64,000 bases of DNA from an uncultured Nitrospiraceae bacterium (GTDB taxonomy: Bacteria > Nitrospirota > Thermodesulfovibrionia > Thermodesulfovibrionales > Dissulfurispiraceae). The stretch's first letter is position 1. Each line of letters starts with the position of its first letter. The DNA is taken from positions 1,216,001-1,280,000 of the forward strand of contig CAVSHF010000003.1 of the NCBI GenBank assembly GCA_963727805.1. The letters run 5' to 3'. Positions 50,858-61,406 of this stretch are shown one piece after another. Below the pieces are notes generated by a model. It had not been told where the DNA came from, ran no database searches, and saw only the letters and a list, made by a program, of their open reading frames with translations. The translations under genes and the position numbers were made by a program.

Positions 50858-53575
50858 ATGGCAACGATATACATAGAAAATAAGCCTTACGATGTCAGGG
50901 AAGGAAGGAACCTACTGGAGGCATGCCTCGATCTCGGCTTCGACATTCCCTACTTTTGCTGGCATCCGGCCCTCGGGTCAGTGGGCGCATGCAGGCAGTG
51001 CGCCCTGAAGCTCTTCCACGATGATAAAGATACGAAGGGCAATATCATTATGTCCTGCATGACCCAGGTAAAAAACGGAATGCGCATCTCCATCGACGAT
51101 CCAGAGGTAGTGCAGTTCAGGCGGAGCTGCATCGAGTGGCTCATGCTCAACCATCCCCACGACTGTCCCGTCTGCGACGAAGGAGGTGAATGCCATCTCC
51201 AAGACATGACGGTGATGACTGGGCACGTTTACCGAAAAACACGTTTCAGGAAACGCACGCATCAAAATCAGTATCTCGGCCCTTTCTTAACCCATGAGAT
51301 GAACCGCTGCATACAATGTTACCGCTGCGTCAGGTTTTACTGCGATTATGCGGGAGGCCGTGATCTCAATGTATTTTCAGCACATGATCATGTCTATTTC
51401 GGGCGCTACCAAGATGGCATACTTGAAAGCGAATTCAGCGGCAATCTTGTCGAGATCTGCCCCACCGGTGTTTTCACCGACAAGACCCTCAAGGAGCACT
51501 ACACCAGGAAATGGGATCTCCAGACAGCACCATCAATATGCGGCCATTGCGCTCTCGGATGCAACACCCTCCCTGGCGAAAGGTACGGATCTGTCAGGAG
51601 AGTGCAAAACAGGTTCAACAGCAGGGTGAATGGGAACTTCCTATGCGACAGGGGCAGATTCGGCTATGCCTTCGTCAACAGCCCTGACAGAATCAGGAAG
51701 CCGGTCATGCGAAGTATCGGAGGAGACCTGAAGGAGGCGTCACAGGAAGACGTGCGGGATTACTTAAGAAGCTTATTCCATTTCGGCGCGCACGCTGTCG
51801 GCATTGGTTCTCCGAGAGCATCCCTCGAAGCCAATTTTGCACTTCGCACCCTTGTTGGTCCCGAATCATTTTACTTGGGGATGTCATCTGCGGATTACCG
51901 TTTGGTGTCCCTCATAACCGATATACTGAGTAAAGGACCGGCTGTAACTCCATCATTGGAAGACATGAGAAATTCGGATGCTGTGCTGATACTTGGGGAA
52001 GACGTCACCAACACCGCTCCGCTCGCAGACCTGGCCCTGCGACGTGCCGTGCGTCAGCAACCTATGAAAAAAATGGACGCGGGTGGCATCCCCCGTTGGA
52101 ACAACCTGGCCGTTAGTTATGTCACGCAGGACGAAAAAGGGCCTCTATTCGTCGTGTCGCCTGCGCGCACAAAACTCGACGACATAGCAACAGCCACGTA
52201 TCGGGCCGCCCCCAATGATCTAGCCCGATTCGGTTTTGCTATCGCCCATGCACTGCACAACGAAGCCCCGCAGGCCGGAGAATTTTCCGAAGGTGATCTT
52301 TCTCTGATCAATGATATCGCAACTGCGCTCAAGAAGGCAGACAGACCGCTGATCGTCTCCGGCACAGGATGCAGGAGCGAGGCGGTAATCCAAGCCGCAG
52401 CCAATATCGCGTGGGCGCTGAACGCGACAAACCATCGAGCAGGACTGTGTTACGTCGTACCCGAATGCAACTCACTTGGTCTTATGCTCATGGGAGGCAT
52501 CAGCATCGAAGAGGTCTTTACAACGGATATTTCGCATGCTGAAACGCTTGTCATACTTGAACGTGATCTATATAAGCTTGCAGAGAAGCGCAGCGTCGAC
52601 GCCTTCCTTGCGAAATTTAGACATGTAATCCTTCTAGATTGCCTGCCCTCTGAGACTGCATCAAGGGTTGAACTCCTGCTGCCTTCAGCTACCTTCACCG
52701 AAGGAGACGGCACCCTTGTAAACAATGAAGGACGCGCGCAGCGCTTCTATCGTGTATTTGCGTCATCCGATATGGTGCGTGACAGTTGGAGCTGGATAAT
52801 CGATATGTTAAAAGCAGCTGGGAATCCTTATGCGGCAACATGGAGCACGATTGATGATATCAATAAATCTATGGCAGAAGACGTTCCGATATTTTGCACT
52901 ATTCCTGAGATCGCGCCACCGGCCGGCTTCAGAATAAGCGGGATGAAGGTCCCCCGCCAGCCGCACCGCTACAGCGGCCGGACTGCGATGCATGCGGATA
53001 TCAGCGTGCACGAACCGAAACCTACGGATGATCCCGACTCGCCCTTGGCCTTTACGATGGAAGGATACGAGAATTTGCCTCCACCTTCACTCATAACGCG
53101 CTACTGGACTCCGGGATGGAACTCAGTTCAGTCCCTGAGCAAATTCCAGGACGAAATCGGAGGGGCTCTGCGTGGCGGGGATCCCGGCATCCGACTGATC
53201 GAGCCTCATGAAGAAGCGGACCCGCAATATTTCCCGAAGGTACCCGCACCTTCGGGTCATAAAGCGAAGGAGTGGACTGTAGTCCCTCTCTATCATATCT
53301 TCGGATCAGAGGAACGGAGCATGCTCTCTCCGGCCATCGCCGAGCTTGCGCCGCGACCTTATTTGGCACTCAACTCGGAAGATATGAAGCATCTGAAGGT
53401 TGCAGAAGAAGATATGGTCACGCTGACATGGAATGAAGAAAGATTGTACCTCCCGGTCAAGCGCGAGGATTCCCTGACGAAAGGCGTTGCTGGCTTACCG
53501 TTCGGTTTGCCGAAGATGAAGTGGATCGATTTCGATGCAAGGTACAGAATGACACCAATGGAGCAAAAGCAATAA
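50858..53575 (+). CDS. nuoG: NADH-quinone oxidoreductase subunit G (long type, with N7 cluster motif)
   Basis: CWHP..GACRQC, HPHDCPVCDEGGEC, CIQCYRC, CGHCALGC...CDRGRFG. Confidence 0.96.
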   Translation: MATIYIENKPYDVREGRNLLEACLDLGFDIPYFCWHPALGSVGACRQCALKLFHDDKDTKGNIIMSCMTQVKNGMRISIDDPEVVQFRRSCIEWLMLNHPHDCPVCDEGGECHLQDMTVMTGHVYRKTRFRKRTHQNQYLGPFLTHEMNRCIQCYRCVRFYCDYAGGRDLNVFSAHDHVYFGRYQDGILESEFSGNLVEICPTGVFTDKTLKEHYTRKWDLQTAPSICGHCALGCNTLPGERYGSVRRVQNRFNSRVNGNFLCDRGRFGYAFVNSPDRIRKPVMRSIGGDLKEASQEDVRDYLRSLFHFGAHAVGIGSPRASLEANFALRTLVGPESFYLGMSSADYRLVSLITDILSKGPAVTPSLEDMRNSDAVLILGEDVTNTAPLADLALRRAVRQQPMKKMDAGGIPRWNNLAVSYVTQDEKGPLFVVSPARTKLDDIATATYRAAPNDLARFGFAIAHALHNEAPQAGEFSEGDLSLINDIATALKKADRPLIVSGTGCRSEAVIQAAANIAWALNATNHRAGLCYVVPECNSLGLMLMGGISIEEVFTTDISHAETLVILERDLYKLAEKRSVDAFLAKFRHVILLDCLPSETASRVELLLPSATFTEGDGTLVNNEGRAQRFYRVFASSDMVRDSWSWIIDMLKAAGNPYAATWSTIDDINKSMAEDVPIFCTIPEIAPPAGFRISGMKVPRQPHRYSGRTAMHADISVHEPKPTDDPDSPLAFTMEGYENLPPPSLITRYWTPGWNSVQSLSKFQDEIGGALRGGDPGIRLIEPHEEADPQYFPKVPAPSGHKAKEWTVVPLYHIFGSEERSMLSPAIAELAPRPYLALNSEDMKHLKVAEEDMVTLTWNEERLYLPVKREDSLTKGVAGLPFGLPKMKWIDFDARYRMTPMEQKQ

Positions 53576-54525
53576 TGAACATAATCATCGGCATAATCAT
53601 TCCGCTGGGTGTCCTTTTTTCCGTGCTGATAACCGCAGCGGGACTAATCTGGCTTGAAAGACGGCTCCTAGCCTTCTGGCAGGACCGATACGGCCCTAAC
53701 CGAGTCGGCACATACGGTCTACTTCAACCGCTGGCGGACGCGATCAAGCTGATGTTCAAGGAAGACTGGATTCCCCCCTTCTCCGACAAGCCAGTATTCA
53801 TACTCGCTCCGATTGTTATTGTGATAACCGTCATCCTTGCTTTTGCAGTTATACCCTTTGCGCCGGGTATCATTATTGCGGACCTCAACATTGGACTTCT
53901 CTTTTTCCTGGGCATGTCATCATTGGGCGTTTACAGCGTAGTCCTGGGTGGCTGGTCATCGAACAGCAAATACTCTCTTTTAGGCAGCCTGAGGGCCTCA
54001 GCTCAAATGCTCAGTTATGAGGTATGTATGGGCATCTCCGTTATGGGTGTCGTGATGATGACTGGCTCCTTCAATCTCGTCGATATTGTCGAGGCACAGA
54101 GGATTGGATGGTACGGTGTCCCACAGTTTTTGGGGATGGTGATCTTCATCATCGCCGGCCTCGCTGAAACACGACGTCTTCCCTTCGACCTGCCCGAGGC
54201 TGAGAGTGAACTCGTAGCAGGTTTTCATACGGAGTACTCGGGAATGAAGTTCGGACTCTTCTTTGTCGGAGAATATATCGGCATCACTCTGGTTTCGGCA
54301 ATGATCGTAACGCTCTATTTCGGTGGATGGCTCGGGCCATTTTTGCCTCCTATCATCTGGTTTTTGATCAAAACGTTTCTGTTTATCTGCGGGTTTATCT
54401 TGATCAGGGCAGCGCTGCCAAGACCTCGATACGATCAGCTTATGTCTTACGGATGGAAAATATTACTACCTCTTGCGATGGTGAACCTGCTGATCACAGG
54501 TGCTTTCCTGTTGGGGCCAGTATAG
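53575..54525 (+). CDS. nuoH: NADH-quinone oxidoreductase subunit H
   Basis: ERR..A..QDRYGPNRVG, PFDLPEAESELVAGF.TEYSG, PRPRYDQ. Confidence 0.96.
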   Translation: MNIIIGIIIPLGVLFSVLITAAGLIWLERRLLAFWQDRYGPNRVGTYGLLQPLADAIKLMFKEDWIPPFSDKPVFILAPIVIVITVILAFAVIPFAPGIIIADLNIGLLFFLGMSSLGVYSVVLGGWSSNSKYSLLGSLRASAQMLSYEVCMGISVMGVVMMTGSFNLVDIVEAQRIGWYGVPQFLGMVIFIIAGLAETRRLPFDLPEAESELVAGFHTEYSGMKFGLFFVGEYIGITLVSAMIVTLYFGGWLGPFLPPIIWFLIKTFLFICGFILIRAALPRPRYDQLMSYGWKILLPLAMVNLLITGAFLLGPV

Positions 54526-54549
54526 GGGCGGTTCGAGAACCTTCCCAAC
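54523..54549. repeat. Degenerate REP-like (GTAG-type) hairpin at the nuoH/nuoI junction
   Basis: TAGGGGCGGTTC-GA-GAACCTTCCCAAC; its TAG is the nuoH stop. Confidence 0.55.
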
Positions 54550-54569
54550 TGTAATATTGAAAGGAAAAT

Positions 54570-55085
54570 ATGATCGGTACTTTAAGAAGCATCTGGAATG
54601 TATTCCTTCATCTCTTCAGAAAGAAGGAGACTATACTCTATCCTGAAGAGAAGCCTTACTTGCCTCCGCGTTGGAGGGGCCGTATTATTCTTTCGAGGGA
54701 TCCCGGCGGCGGAGAACGCTGCGTAGCCTGCTACCTTTGCGCTGCCGCATGTCCGGTTGACTGCATATCTTTACAAGCCACTGAGGACCAATATGGCAGA
54801 AGGTACCCGGAGTTCTTCCGAATCAATTTTTCACGCTGCATCTTCTGCGGTTTCTGCGAGGAGGCATGCCCGACCTATGCTATACAGCTAACTCCAGACT
54901 TCGAGATGGCGGAGTACCGGCGTGAGAACCTTGTATACGAAAAGGAGGACCTTCTGATTAGCGGTCCCGGTAAATATCCTGAATATAGTTACTACAAAGT
55001 CGCCGGGACATCAATAGCAGGCAAAAAAAAAGGCGAGGCGGAGAACGAGGGTCCGCCTGTGGATGTACACTCGTTGATGCCATGA
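54570..55085 (+). CDS. nuoI: NADH-quinone oxidoreductase subunit I
   Basis: [12 protein letters not shown] and [12 protein letters not shown]. Confidence 0.96.
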   Translation: MIGTLRSIWNVFLHLFRKKETILYPEEKPYLPPRWRGRIILSRDPGGGERCVACYLCAAACPVDCISLQATEDQYGRRYPEFFRINFSRCIFCGFCEEACPTYAIQLTPDFEMAEYRRENLVYEKEDLLISGPGKYPEYSYYKVAGTSIAGKKKGEAENEGPPVDVHSLMP

Positions 55086-55107
55086 AGGAAATGACGGAGG
55101 AACAGCG

Positions 55108-55635
55108 ATGATGTCGTTTTTTTATATTTCGGCTGCCGTGGCCCTGATATCCTCGGTCCTTGCGATCAGCAGGTCGAATGCAGTCCACGCATTGCTCTAT
55201 GCTATTGTATCACTCTTGTCGGTTGCGCTGGTGTTCTTTATCCTCGGGGCGCCCTTTGCTGCGGCCCTGGAAATGGTTATCTATGCGGGGGCGATCATGG
55301 TACTCTTCGTATTCGTCATCATGATGATCAGTGCTGGACCGGGAGCAAAGCAGCAGGAGAGGAACTGGATGAGCTTCCGAATATGGTTTGGGCCGTCCGT
55401 GCTTGCGACGGTCCTTATAGTTGAATTGTTGGCCATCATTTCGTATCCGCAATCACCGGTGACGGCAAATCCCGTTGTTGAATCTAAGCAGGTGGGCATA
55501 GCACTGATGGGCCCATATATACTCGGAGTCGAACTCTCGTCACTCCTGCTGACGGCCGGGCTTGTCGGTGCCTACCACCTCGGGAAGCGCAAGGGAGATG
55601 CTTCTCAGATAGAGGAGGTGCGACTTGATGACTAA
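55108..55635 (+). CDS. nuoJ: NADH-quinone oxidoreductase subunit J
   Basis: NAVHALL, IYAGAIMVLFVFVIMM. Confidence 0.94.
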   Translation: MMSFFYISAAVALISSVLAISRSNAVHALLYAIVSLLSVALVFFILGAPFAAALEMVIYAGAIMVLFVFVIMMISAGPGAKQQERNWMSFRIWFGPSVLATVLIVELLAIISYPQSPVTANPVVESKQVGIALMGPYILGVELSSLLLTAGLVGAYHLGKRKGDASQIEEVRLDD

Positions 55636-55936
55636 CGTGCCTGCGGAATATGGTTTGATTTTAGCCGCGCTGCTCTTCGCTACAGGTCTCGCAGGAGTGC
55701 TTGCCAGACGCAACATAATCTTCATCCTCCTGTCCATCGAGATCATGCTGAATGCAGCGGGACTGGCGTTCATAGCCGCGGGTTCGAAATGGGGACAGCC
55801 TGACGGACAGATCATGTTCATTTTCATCCTGGTGATGGCCGCTGCCGAAGTATCTGTCGGACTCGCCATCGTACTGCAGTTGTTTCATCATATTAAAACG
55901 GTAAACAGCGACGAAGCCAATACTATGAGAGGATAA
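55628..55936 (+). CDS. nuoK: NADH-quinone oxidoreductase subunit K
   Basis: RRN...LSIEIMLNA, AAAEVSVGLA. Confidence 0.95.
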   Translation: MTNVPAEYGLILAALLFATGLAGVLARRNIIFILLSIEIMLNAAGLAFIAAGSKWGQPDGQIMFIFILVMAAAEVSVGLAIVLQLFHHIKTVNSDEANTMRG

Positions 55937-57826
55937 ATGCTCTTACAGCTCTGGTTGATACCTGCTCTTCCTTTTGCGGGATTCGTCATCCTTGCCCTCT
56001 TGGGAGCTAGGATGCAACGGCCTTTTGTTGCGGCCATAGGCGCGGGCTTCGTCGGGGTCTCCGCTCTTGTCGCGCTGGCCATAGCGATATCCTTCATGGC
56101 TGCGCCTCCTGCAGGTCAAATCTACACTCAGCACTTGTGGCAATGGATCGATGTTGATGGGTTCAGGCCTGATATCTCTTTGTCTCTCGATGCTCTCTCT
56201 CTGGTGATGATCCTCGTTATCACTGTCGTGGGCTTCCTGATTCACCTTTATTCAACTGAGTCCATGTCTGGTGAGGAGGGCTACAGCCGGTTCTTCGCTT
56301 ACATGAATCTATTTGTTGGTTCGATGCTAACGCTAGTCCTGGCGGATAACCTGCTTCTGCTCTATCTGGGGTGGGAAGGCGTCGGGCTTTGCAGCTACCT
56401 CCTGATCGGCTTCTGGTATACAGACCCTGCCAATGGACGTGCTGCAATGAAGGCCTTCATCGTAACTCGAGTCGGTGATGCAGCCATGGCGATCGGCCTC
56501 TTCATTCTCTATCAAAACCTCGCCACTCTCCAGATTCATGAAGTACTGATCAGGGCAGTAGAGCAATGGCCCTCAGGCTCCACTCTTGCAATCACAGCGG
56601 CGGCCCTTCTTCTCGGTGGCGCGGTTGGTAAATCAGCTCAGATTCCGCTCCAGACGTGGCTGCCGGACGCGATGGCAGGACCCACTCCGGTGAGCGCCCT
56701 CATACATGCGGCTACGATGGTAACGGCCGGTGTATACCTGATAGCTCGGACCCATGTACTATTTACCCTCGCCCCCCCTGTTGAACTTGCCGTGGCGGTA
56801 ATAGGCGCCGCAACACTGCTCCTTGCGGGTATCAGCGCTATAGTGCAGAGAGACATCAAGCGCGCGCTTGCCTACTCCACAATGAGCCAGATCGGCTATA
56901 TGTTCCTTGCCCTTGGCGTCGGGGCATGGTCCGCTGCGATCTTTCATTTCATGGTACATTCCTTTTTCAAGGCCCTACTCTTTTTGAGTGCAGGAGTTGT
57001 AATAGATGCCCTCCACCATGAAAGGGACATGTTCAAGATGGGGGAACTCCGCCGTAAGCTCCCTTTGGCCTTCTGGTGCTTCCTGATCGGGGCGAGTTCG
57101 CTCTCCGCGCTCCCGCTGATTACAGCAGGATTCTACAGCAAGGACCTGATACTCTGGAAGGCATTGTCTTCAACTCAGGGGAGCGGCTGGCTCTGGGCTG
57201 CGGGTTTGGCCGGGGCCCTGTTAACTTCTATATATGCCTTTCGCATGGTATTCCTCACCTTTTACGGAAAGGCGCATTCGGAAGCAGCAGGCAAAACGGG
57301 TTTACGGATAAAGGTACCCCTGATAACTCTTGCCGTCCTTTCACTGATCGGAGGATTTATCCAAGTGCCTGAGATACTCGGCGATATCCCGCTTTTTTCG
57401 GAAATCGTAACAACCGCTCTGCCTGCGACAACGACCATCCCGGTTGCGATGTCCGAGAGCACCATGCAATACATCTCGGCGTTCGTATCACTCTTTGGCG
57501 TATTCATAGCCTACATCTTCTTCCTCTACAATCCGCTTTATGCGAGAAACTTCCTCTCCAAACCCTTTGGATACGCGCTTCATTGCTTCCTTTACGGCGG
57601 ATGGAACTTTGACCGCCTGTACGAAGTCCTTTTTGTCCATCCCTTTGTCTGGACGGCCCGGGCCAACAAACGCGATATCGTCGACCGGTTTTACCAGCTC
57701 GTCGCCTTGCTCAACATGGTTTTGAACCGACTGCTGAGCACATCCCAGAGCGGCCTTGTCCGAAGATACGCCTTCGGCATCGCCCTCGGAGCGATAATAA
57801 TCATAGGCGCGGTGGTCCTGAGATGA
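55937..57826 (+). CDS. nuoL: NADH-quinone oxidoreductase subunit L
   Basis: GWEGVGLCSYLLIGFW, GKSAQIPLQTWLPDAMAGPTPVSALIHAATMV. Confidence 0.96.
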   Translation: MLLQLWLIPALPFAGFVILALLGARMQRPFVAAIGAGFVGVSALVALAIAISFMAAPPAGQIYTQHLWQWIDVDGFRPDISLSLDALSLVMILVITVVGFLIHLYSTESMSGEEGYSRFFAYMNLFVGSMLTLVLADNLLLLYLGWEGVGLCSYLLIGFWYTDPANGRAAMKAFIVTRVGDAAMAIGLFILYQNLATLQIHEVLIRAVEQWPSGSTLAITAAALLLGGAVGKSAQIPLQTWLPDAMAGPTPVSALIHAATMVTAGVYLIARTHVLFTLAPPVELAVAVIGAATLLLAGISAIVQRDIKRALAYSTMSQIGYMFLALGVGAWSAAIFHFMVHSFFKALLFLSAGVVIDALHHERDMFKMGELRRKLPLAFWCFLIGASSLSALPLITAGFYSKDLILWKALSSTQGSGWLWAAGLAGALLTSIYAFRMVFLTFYGKAHSEAAGKTGLRIKVPLITLAVLSLIGGFIQVPEILGDIPLFSEIVTTALPATTTIPVAMSESTMQYISAFVSLFGVFIAYIFFLYNPLYARNFLSKPFGYALHCFLYGGWNFDRLYEVLFVHPFVWTARANKRDIVDRFYQLVALLNMVLNRLLSTSQSGLVRRYAFGIALGAIIIIGAVVLR

Positions 57827-59370
57827 TACTGATTTTTCTTATAGCCATTCCTCTCATCGGGGGCATCCTCTCCTGGCTTTCTACGCGCTTTCATCGCAGG
57901 GCGCCCTTCTGGATATCTCTGACAACCCTTACCGCTAATCTTGCTATCGCGCTTTGGATATGGATAACCTGGGCGGCCGTGACAGTTTCTGGAGGGATGC
58001 AGGACCAGTGGATTGTCGATTTCAAATATCCCTGGATCCCCAATCTCGGAATCGGGATTCACCTTGCACTTGATGGACTCAGTCTGGTCCTCATAACTCT
58101 CACTGCTTTGCTCGGTATCGTAGCACTCATTTCATCCTGGTCCGAGATCAGGGAGCGCATAGGCTTTTTCCATGCCAATATGATGTTCATAATCGCTGGG
58201 ATACTCGGTGTCTTTCTGTCGCTCGATCTCTTTCTCTTCTACTTCTTCTGGGAGCTGATGCTCGTACCGATGTATTTCCTCATTGGCATCTGGGGCCATG
58301 AAAACCGCATCTATGCAGCGACGAAATTCTTTATATTCACGCAGGCGGGCGGACTGCTGATGCTTGTCTCGATCTTGGGGCTCTATTTTATCCATGCCCG
58401 GACAACGGGCGTTTATACATTCGACTATTTCCAGTTGCTCGGCACTGCCCTTTCGACTTCTGAAGGCCTCTGGCTCATGTTGGGGTTTGCCATCGCCTTT
58501 GCCGTCAAACTGCCTGCCGTGCCCTTTCATCCGTGGCTTGCTGATGCACATACCGAGGCACCTACTGCGGGAAGCATAATCCTTGCGGGACTCCTGCTGA
58601 AAACGGGGGCTTATGGGTTCCTGAGATTCGTGCTCCCTCTCTTCCCCGAAGCATCTTCGGTCATCGCTTTACCCGCGATGCTTGTGGGTACGGTATCGAT
58701 ACTCTACGGCGCCACCCTCGCCTTCTCTCAGACCGACTTCAAAAGACTCATAGCTTACACAAGCGTTAGTCACATGGGTTTTGTGCTCCTCGGCATCTTC
58801 GCCTTCAATGGACTCGCCCTGCATGGAGTGGTCATGCAAATGGTAGCGCACGGTATCAGCACCGGAATGCTCTTTTTCATCGCAGGTGCGCTCCAGGAGC
58901 GGATGCACACGCGGGACATGACCCTCATGGGCGGGATGTGGTCGACCGCACCTCGCATGGGCGCTGTGGCACTCATATTCGCCGTCGCCTCGCTCGGCCT
59001 ACCGGGAATGGGTAATTTCGTAGGTGAATTTCTTGTGCTGCTGGGCTCCTATAAAGCTGATGCTGTGATTACGGCGATAGCGACAACGGGGCTCATCGCC
59101 GCTACAGTTTACGCTGTCTGGATGATGCATGTGACGTTTTTCAGCGATGCAAAGACGCCTTGTAAATTTCCAGACTTCTCGATTCGTGAGATGATGGTAG
59201 CGACGGTGATGATCATCGCCATAATCGGGATCGGTCTCTATCCGCAGCCTGTGCTTGATGCTGCAAAGGATTCTATGAACAGCCTGCAAAGAACCATGGA
59301 GGGCGCTAAATTTTCGATTAATCATGAAGATCATAAGACCTCAGTCGCTGAAACGGTAGGCAGCCGATGA
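57823..59370 (+). CDS. nuoM: NADH-quinone oxidoreductase subunit M
   Basis: FFWELMLVPMYFLI, K.P..PFHPWLADAH.EAPTAGS, LPG..NFVGE. Confidence 0.96.
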   Translation: MILIFLIAIPLIGGILSWLSTRFHRRAPFWISLTTLTANLAIALWIWITWAAVTVSGGMQDQWIVDFKYPWIPNLGIGIHLALDGLSLVLITLTALLGIVALISSWSEIRERIGFFHANMMFIIAGILGVFLSLDLFLFYFFWELMLVPMYFLIGIWGHENRIYAATKFFIFTQAGGLLMLVSILGLYFIHARTTGVYTFDYFQLLGTALSTSEGLWLMLGFAIAFAVKLPAVPFHPWLADAHTEAPTAGSIILAGLLLKTGAYGFLRFVLPLFPEASSVIALPAMLVGTVSILYGATLAFSQTDFKRLIAYTSVSHMGFVLLGIFAFNGLALHGVVMQMVAHGISTGMLFFIAGALQERMHTRDMTLMGGMWSTAPRMGAVALIFAVASLGLPGMGNFVGEFLVLLGSYKADAVITAIATTGLIAATVYAVWMMHVTFFSDAKTPCKFPDFSIREMMVATVMIIAIIGIGLYPQPVLDAAKDSMNSLQRTMEGAKFSINHEDHKTSVAETVGSR

Positions 59371-60803
59371 CCCCGAATGATCTCATGGCCTTGCTGCCGC
59401 TGATGGTTCTCTCTTCGACCACGATCACCGTCATGCTCGGCATCGCAGCCTCCCGCAGTCACAGCTTCACCGCGACACTCGCCCTCTTCGGCATTTATTT
59501 GTCATTCCTGTCTCTTGCCCTTGCTTATTCAGAAGCGCCTCGCCAAGTTACTCCTTTGATCGTGGTAGACAATTTTGCACTCCTATATATGGCCCTCATA
59601 CTCTTATCCGGCTTTATTACCGCTGTTCTTTCCTTCGGATATCTAAATAAGCTTCAAATCAATCGCGAAGAATTCTATCTGCTTCTTCTCCTTGCGTTGC
59701 TTGGTGCTATGGTTCTGGTCTGCAGCTGCCACTTCGCTTCATTCTTTCTTGGGCTGGAGATCCTAAGCGTCAGCCTGTATACGCTCATCGCATATCCCAA
59801 GAGTCGGATTAAACACGTCGAAGCGGGGATGAAATATCTGGTATTAGCTGCAGTATCGTCGGCATTCCTGCTATTCGGCATGGCGCTGATATATGCCGAT
59901 TCAGGCTCCATGATGCTTTCGGTCATAGCATCTAAAGCAGCACATAATGCCCATTATACCTTGTCCTTCACAGCTGGTCTAGTACTGATGCTTGTCGGGA
60001 TCGGCTTCAAACTGGCGCTCGTGCCGTTCCACATGTGGACGCCCGACGTGTATGAAGGAGCGCCCGCGCCCGTGGCTGCATTTATCGCGACGGTTTCCAA
60101 GGGCGCGGTATTTGCTCTTCTGCTCAGGTATTTCGCTCAAACCGATTTCTTGAAATCTGATACACTGTTCCTTGTATTTGGATTCATTTCATTCGTTTCC
60201 ATGGTTGCCGGAAATCTTCTCGCACTGTTCCAGAACAATATCAAAAGGGTTCTTGCATATTCGTCCATTGCTCACATGGGCTACGTGCTCGTCGCGTTCC
60301 TGGCAGGCGGCGCGCTCGCAACACAGGTTGTGTCTTTTTATCTCGTAACCTATTTCGTGACGACCTTCGGTGCTTTTGGCATCATCACTCTGTTATCGGA
60401 TTCTAAGAAAGATGCTGACGATATTGAGGATTACCGAGGAATGGCATGGCACCGTCCTTTTCTCACCGCTGCCTTTACAGCCATGATCTTCTCACTGGCG
60501 GGGATTCCCCTGACCGCAGGATTTATCGGTAAGTTTTACCTCATCTCCGCCGGTGCATCGTCGGAGTTATGGGTGCTCATAGTCACTCTAGCACTGAGCA
60601 GCGTCATAGGGCTATTCTATTATCTCCGTATTATCTTCAGCCTCTATGCGCGGCCCTCTGGAGATCAAATGCCTTCCCTCCCCCTTATCTCCATTACCGG
60701 GAGTGTTTTCCTCGCAGTCCTCACGCTGCTTCTGTTATGGATTGGTATTTACCCCGACCCTCTGATGGAAGGGATCAAATCAGTGCTGGGACGATTTTCA
60801 TGA
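59367..60803 (+). CDS. nuoN: NADH-quinone oxidoreductase subunit N
   Basis: EAGMKY, FKLALVPFHMWTPDVYEGAP, LAYSSIAH, GFIGKF. Confidence 0.96.
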   Translation: MTPNDLMALLPLMVLSSTTITVMLGIAASRSHSFTATLALFGIYLSFLSLALAYSEAPRQVTPLIVVDNFALLYMALILLSGFITAVLSFGYLNKLQINREEFYLLLLLALLGAMVLVCSCHFASFFLGLEILSVSLYTLIAYPKSRIKHVEAGMKYLVLAAVSSAFLLFGMALIYADSGSMMLSVIASKAAHNAHYTLSFTAGLVLMLVGIGFKLALVPFHMWTPDVYEGAPAPVAAFIATVSKGAVFALLLRYFAQTDFLKSDTLFLVFGFISFVSMVAGNLLALFQNNIKRVLAYSSIAHMGYVLVAFLAGGALATQVVSFYLVTYFVTTFGAFGIITLLSDSKKDADDIEDYRGMAWHRPFLTAAFTAMIFSLAGIPLTAGFIGKFYLISAGASSELWVLIVTLALSSVIGLFYYLRIIFSLYARPSGDQMPSLPLISITGSVFLAVLTLLLLWIGIYPDPLMEGIKSVLGRFS

Positions 60804-60845
60804 TGACTACGAAGATGACCGTCAGTGGAAAAAAGGAGAGACGTG

Positions 60846-61394
60846 ATGAATGAATGCAGAGAATGCCCGTCCCCTGAAAATATGGGGACAAAAATCGCGA
60901 CGACTCGCCGCCGATTTCTTGAGGCAATGATAGCCATTGCTACATTGCTTATTAGTGCGATACTTGGCGTCCCCTTCATCGGTTCGCTGATGCGATCGCA
61001 AGCCAGTGCTCAAAAAGAGAAGTGGGTGAAGGTCGCCGATGTCCAATCGATTCCCGATGGCGAACCGCTACGATTGAATTTCATCCAGAGTGAAATGGAT
61101 GCCTATCGAGAACAAGAAACGGTACATTCAGTCTGGATCGTCAAACATTCCCCGTCTGAAATAGCAGTCTATTCCCCCATCTGTCCTCATGCAGGATGCT
61201 ATTTCAACTGGAATGCACAGCGCAGGCTTTTTGAATGTCCGTGCCATGGGAGCGTGTTTAGGGTCGATGGCCCGGTCGTCTCGGGCCCTGCACCGCGCCA
61301 ACTGGACGCCCTTCCCGTCAAAGTAAAAAATGGCGCTTTATTTGTTATCTGGAAACGCTTCAAAGCGGGCATACCAGATAAAATTGCGGTCTAG
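60846..61394 (+). CDS. qcrA: Rieske iron-sulfur subunit of a Rieske/cytochrome b complex
   Basis: Tat motif TRRRFL + TM helix; CPHAGC and CPCHGS boxes; GPAP. Confidence 0.92.
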   Translation: MNECRECPSPENMGTKIATTRRRFLEAMIAIATLLISAILGVPFIGSLMRSQASAQKEKWVKVADVQSIPDGEPLRLNFIQSEMDAYREQETVHSVWIVKHSPSEIAVYSPICPHAGCYFNWNAQRRLFECPCHGSVFRVDGPVVSGPAPRQLDALPVKVKNGALFVIWKRFKAGIPDKIAV

Positions 61395-61406
61395 GGGAGG
61401 GATTGA

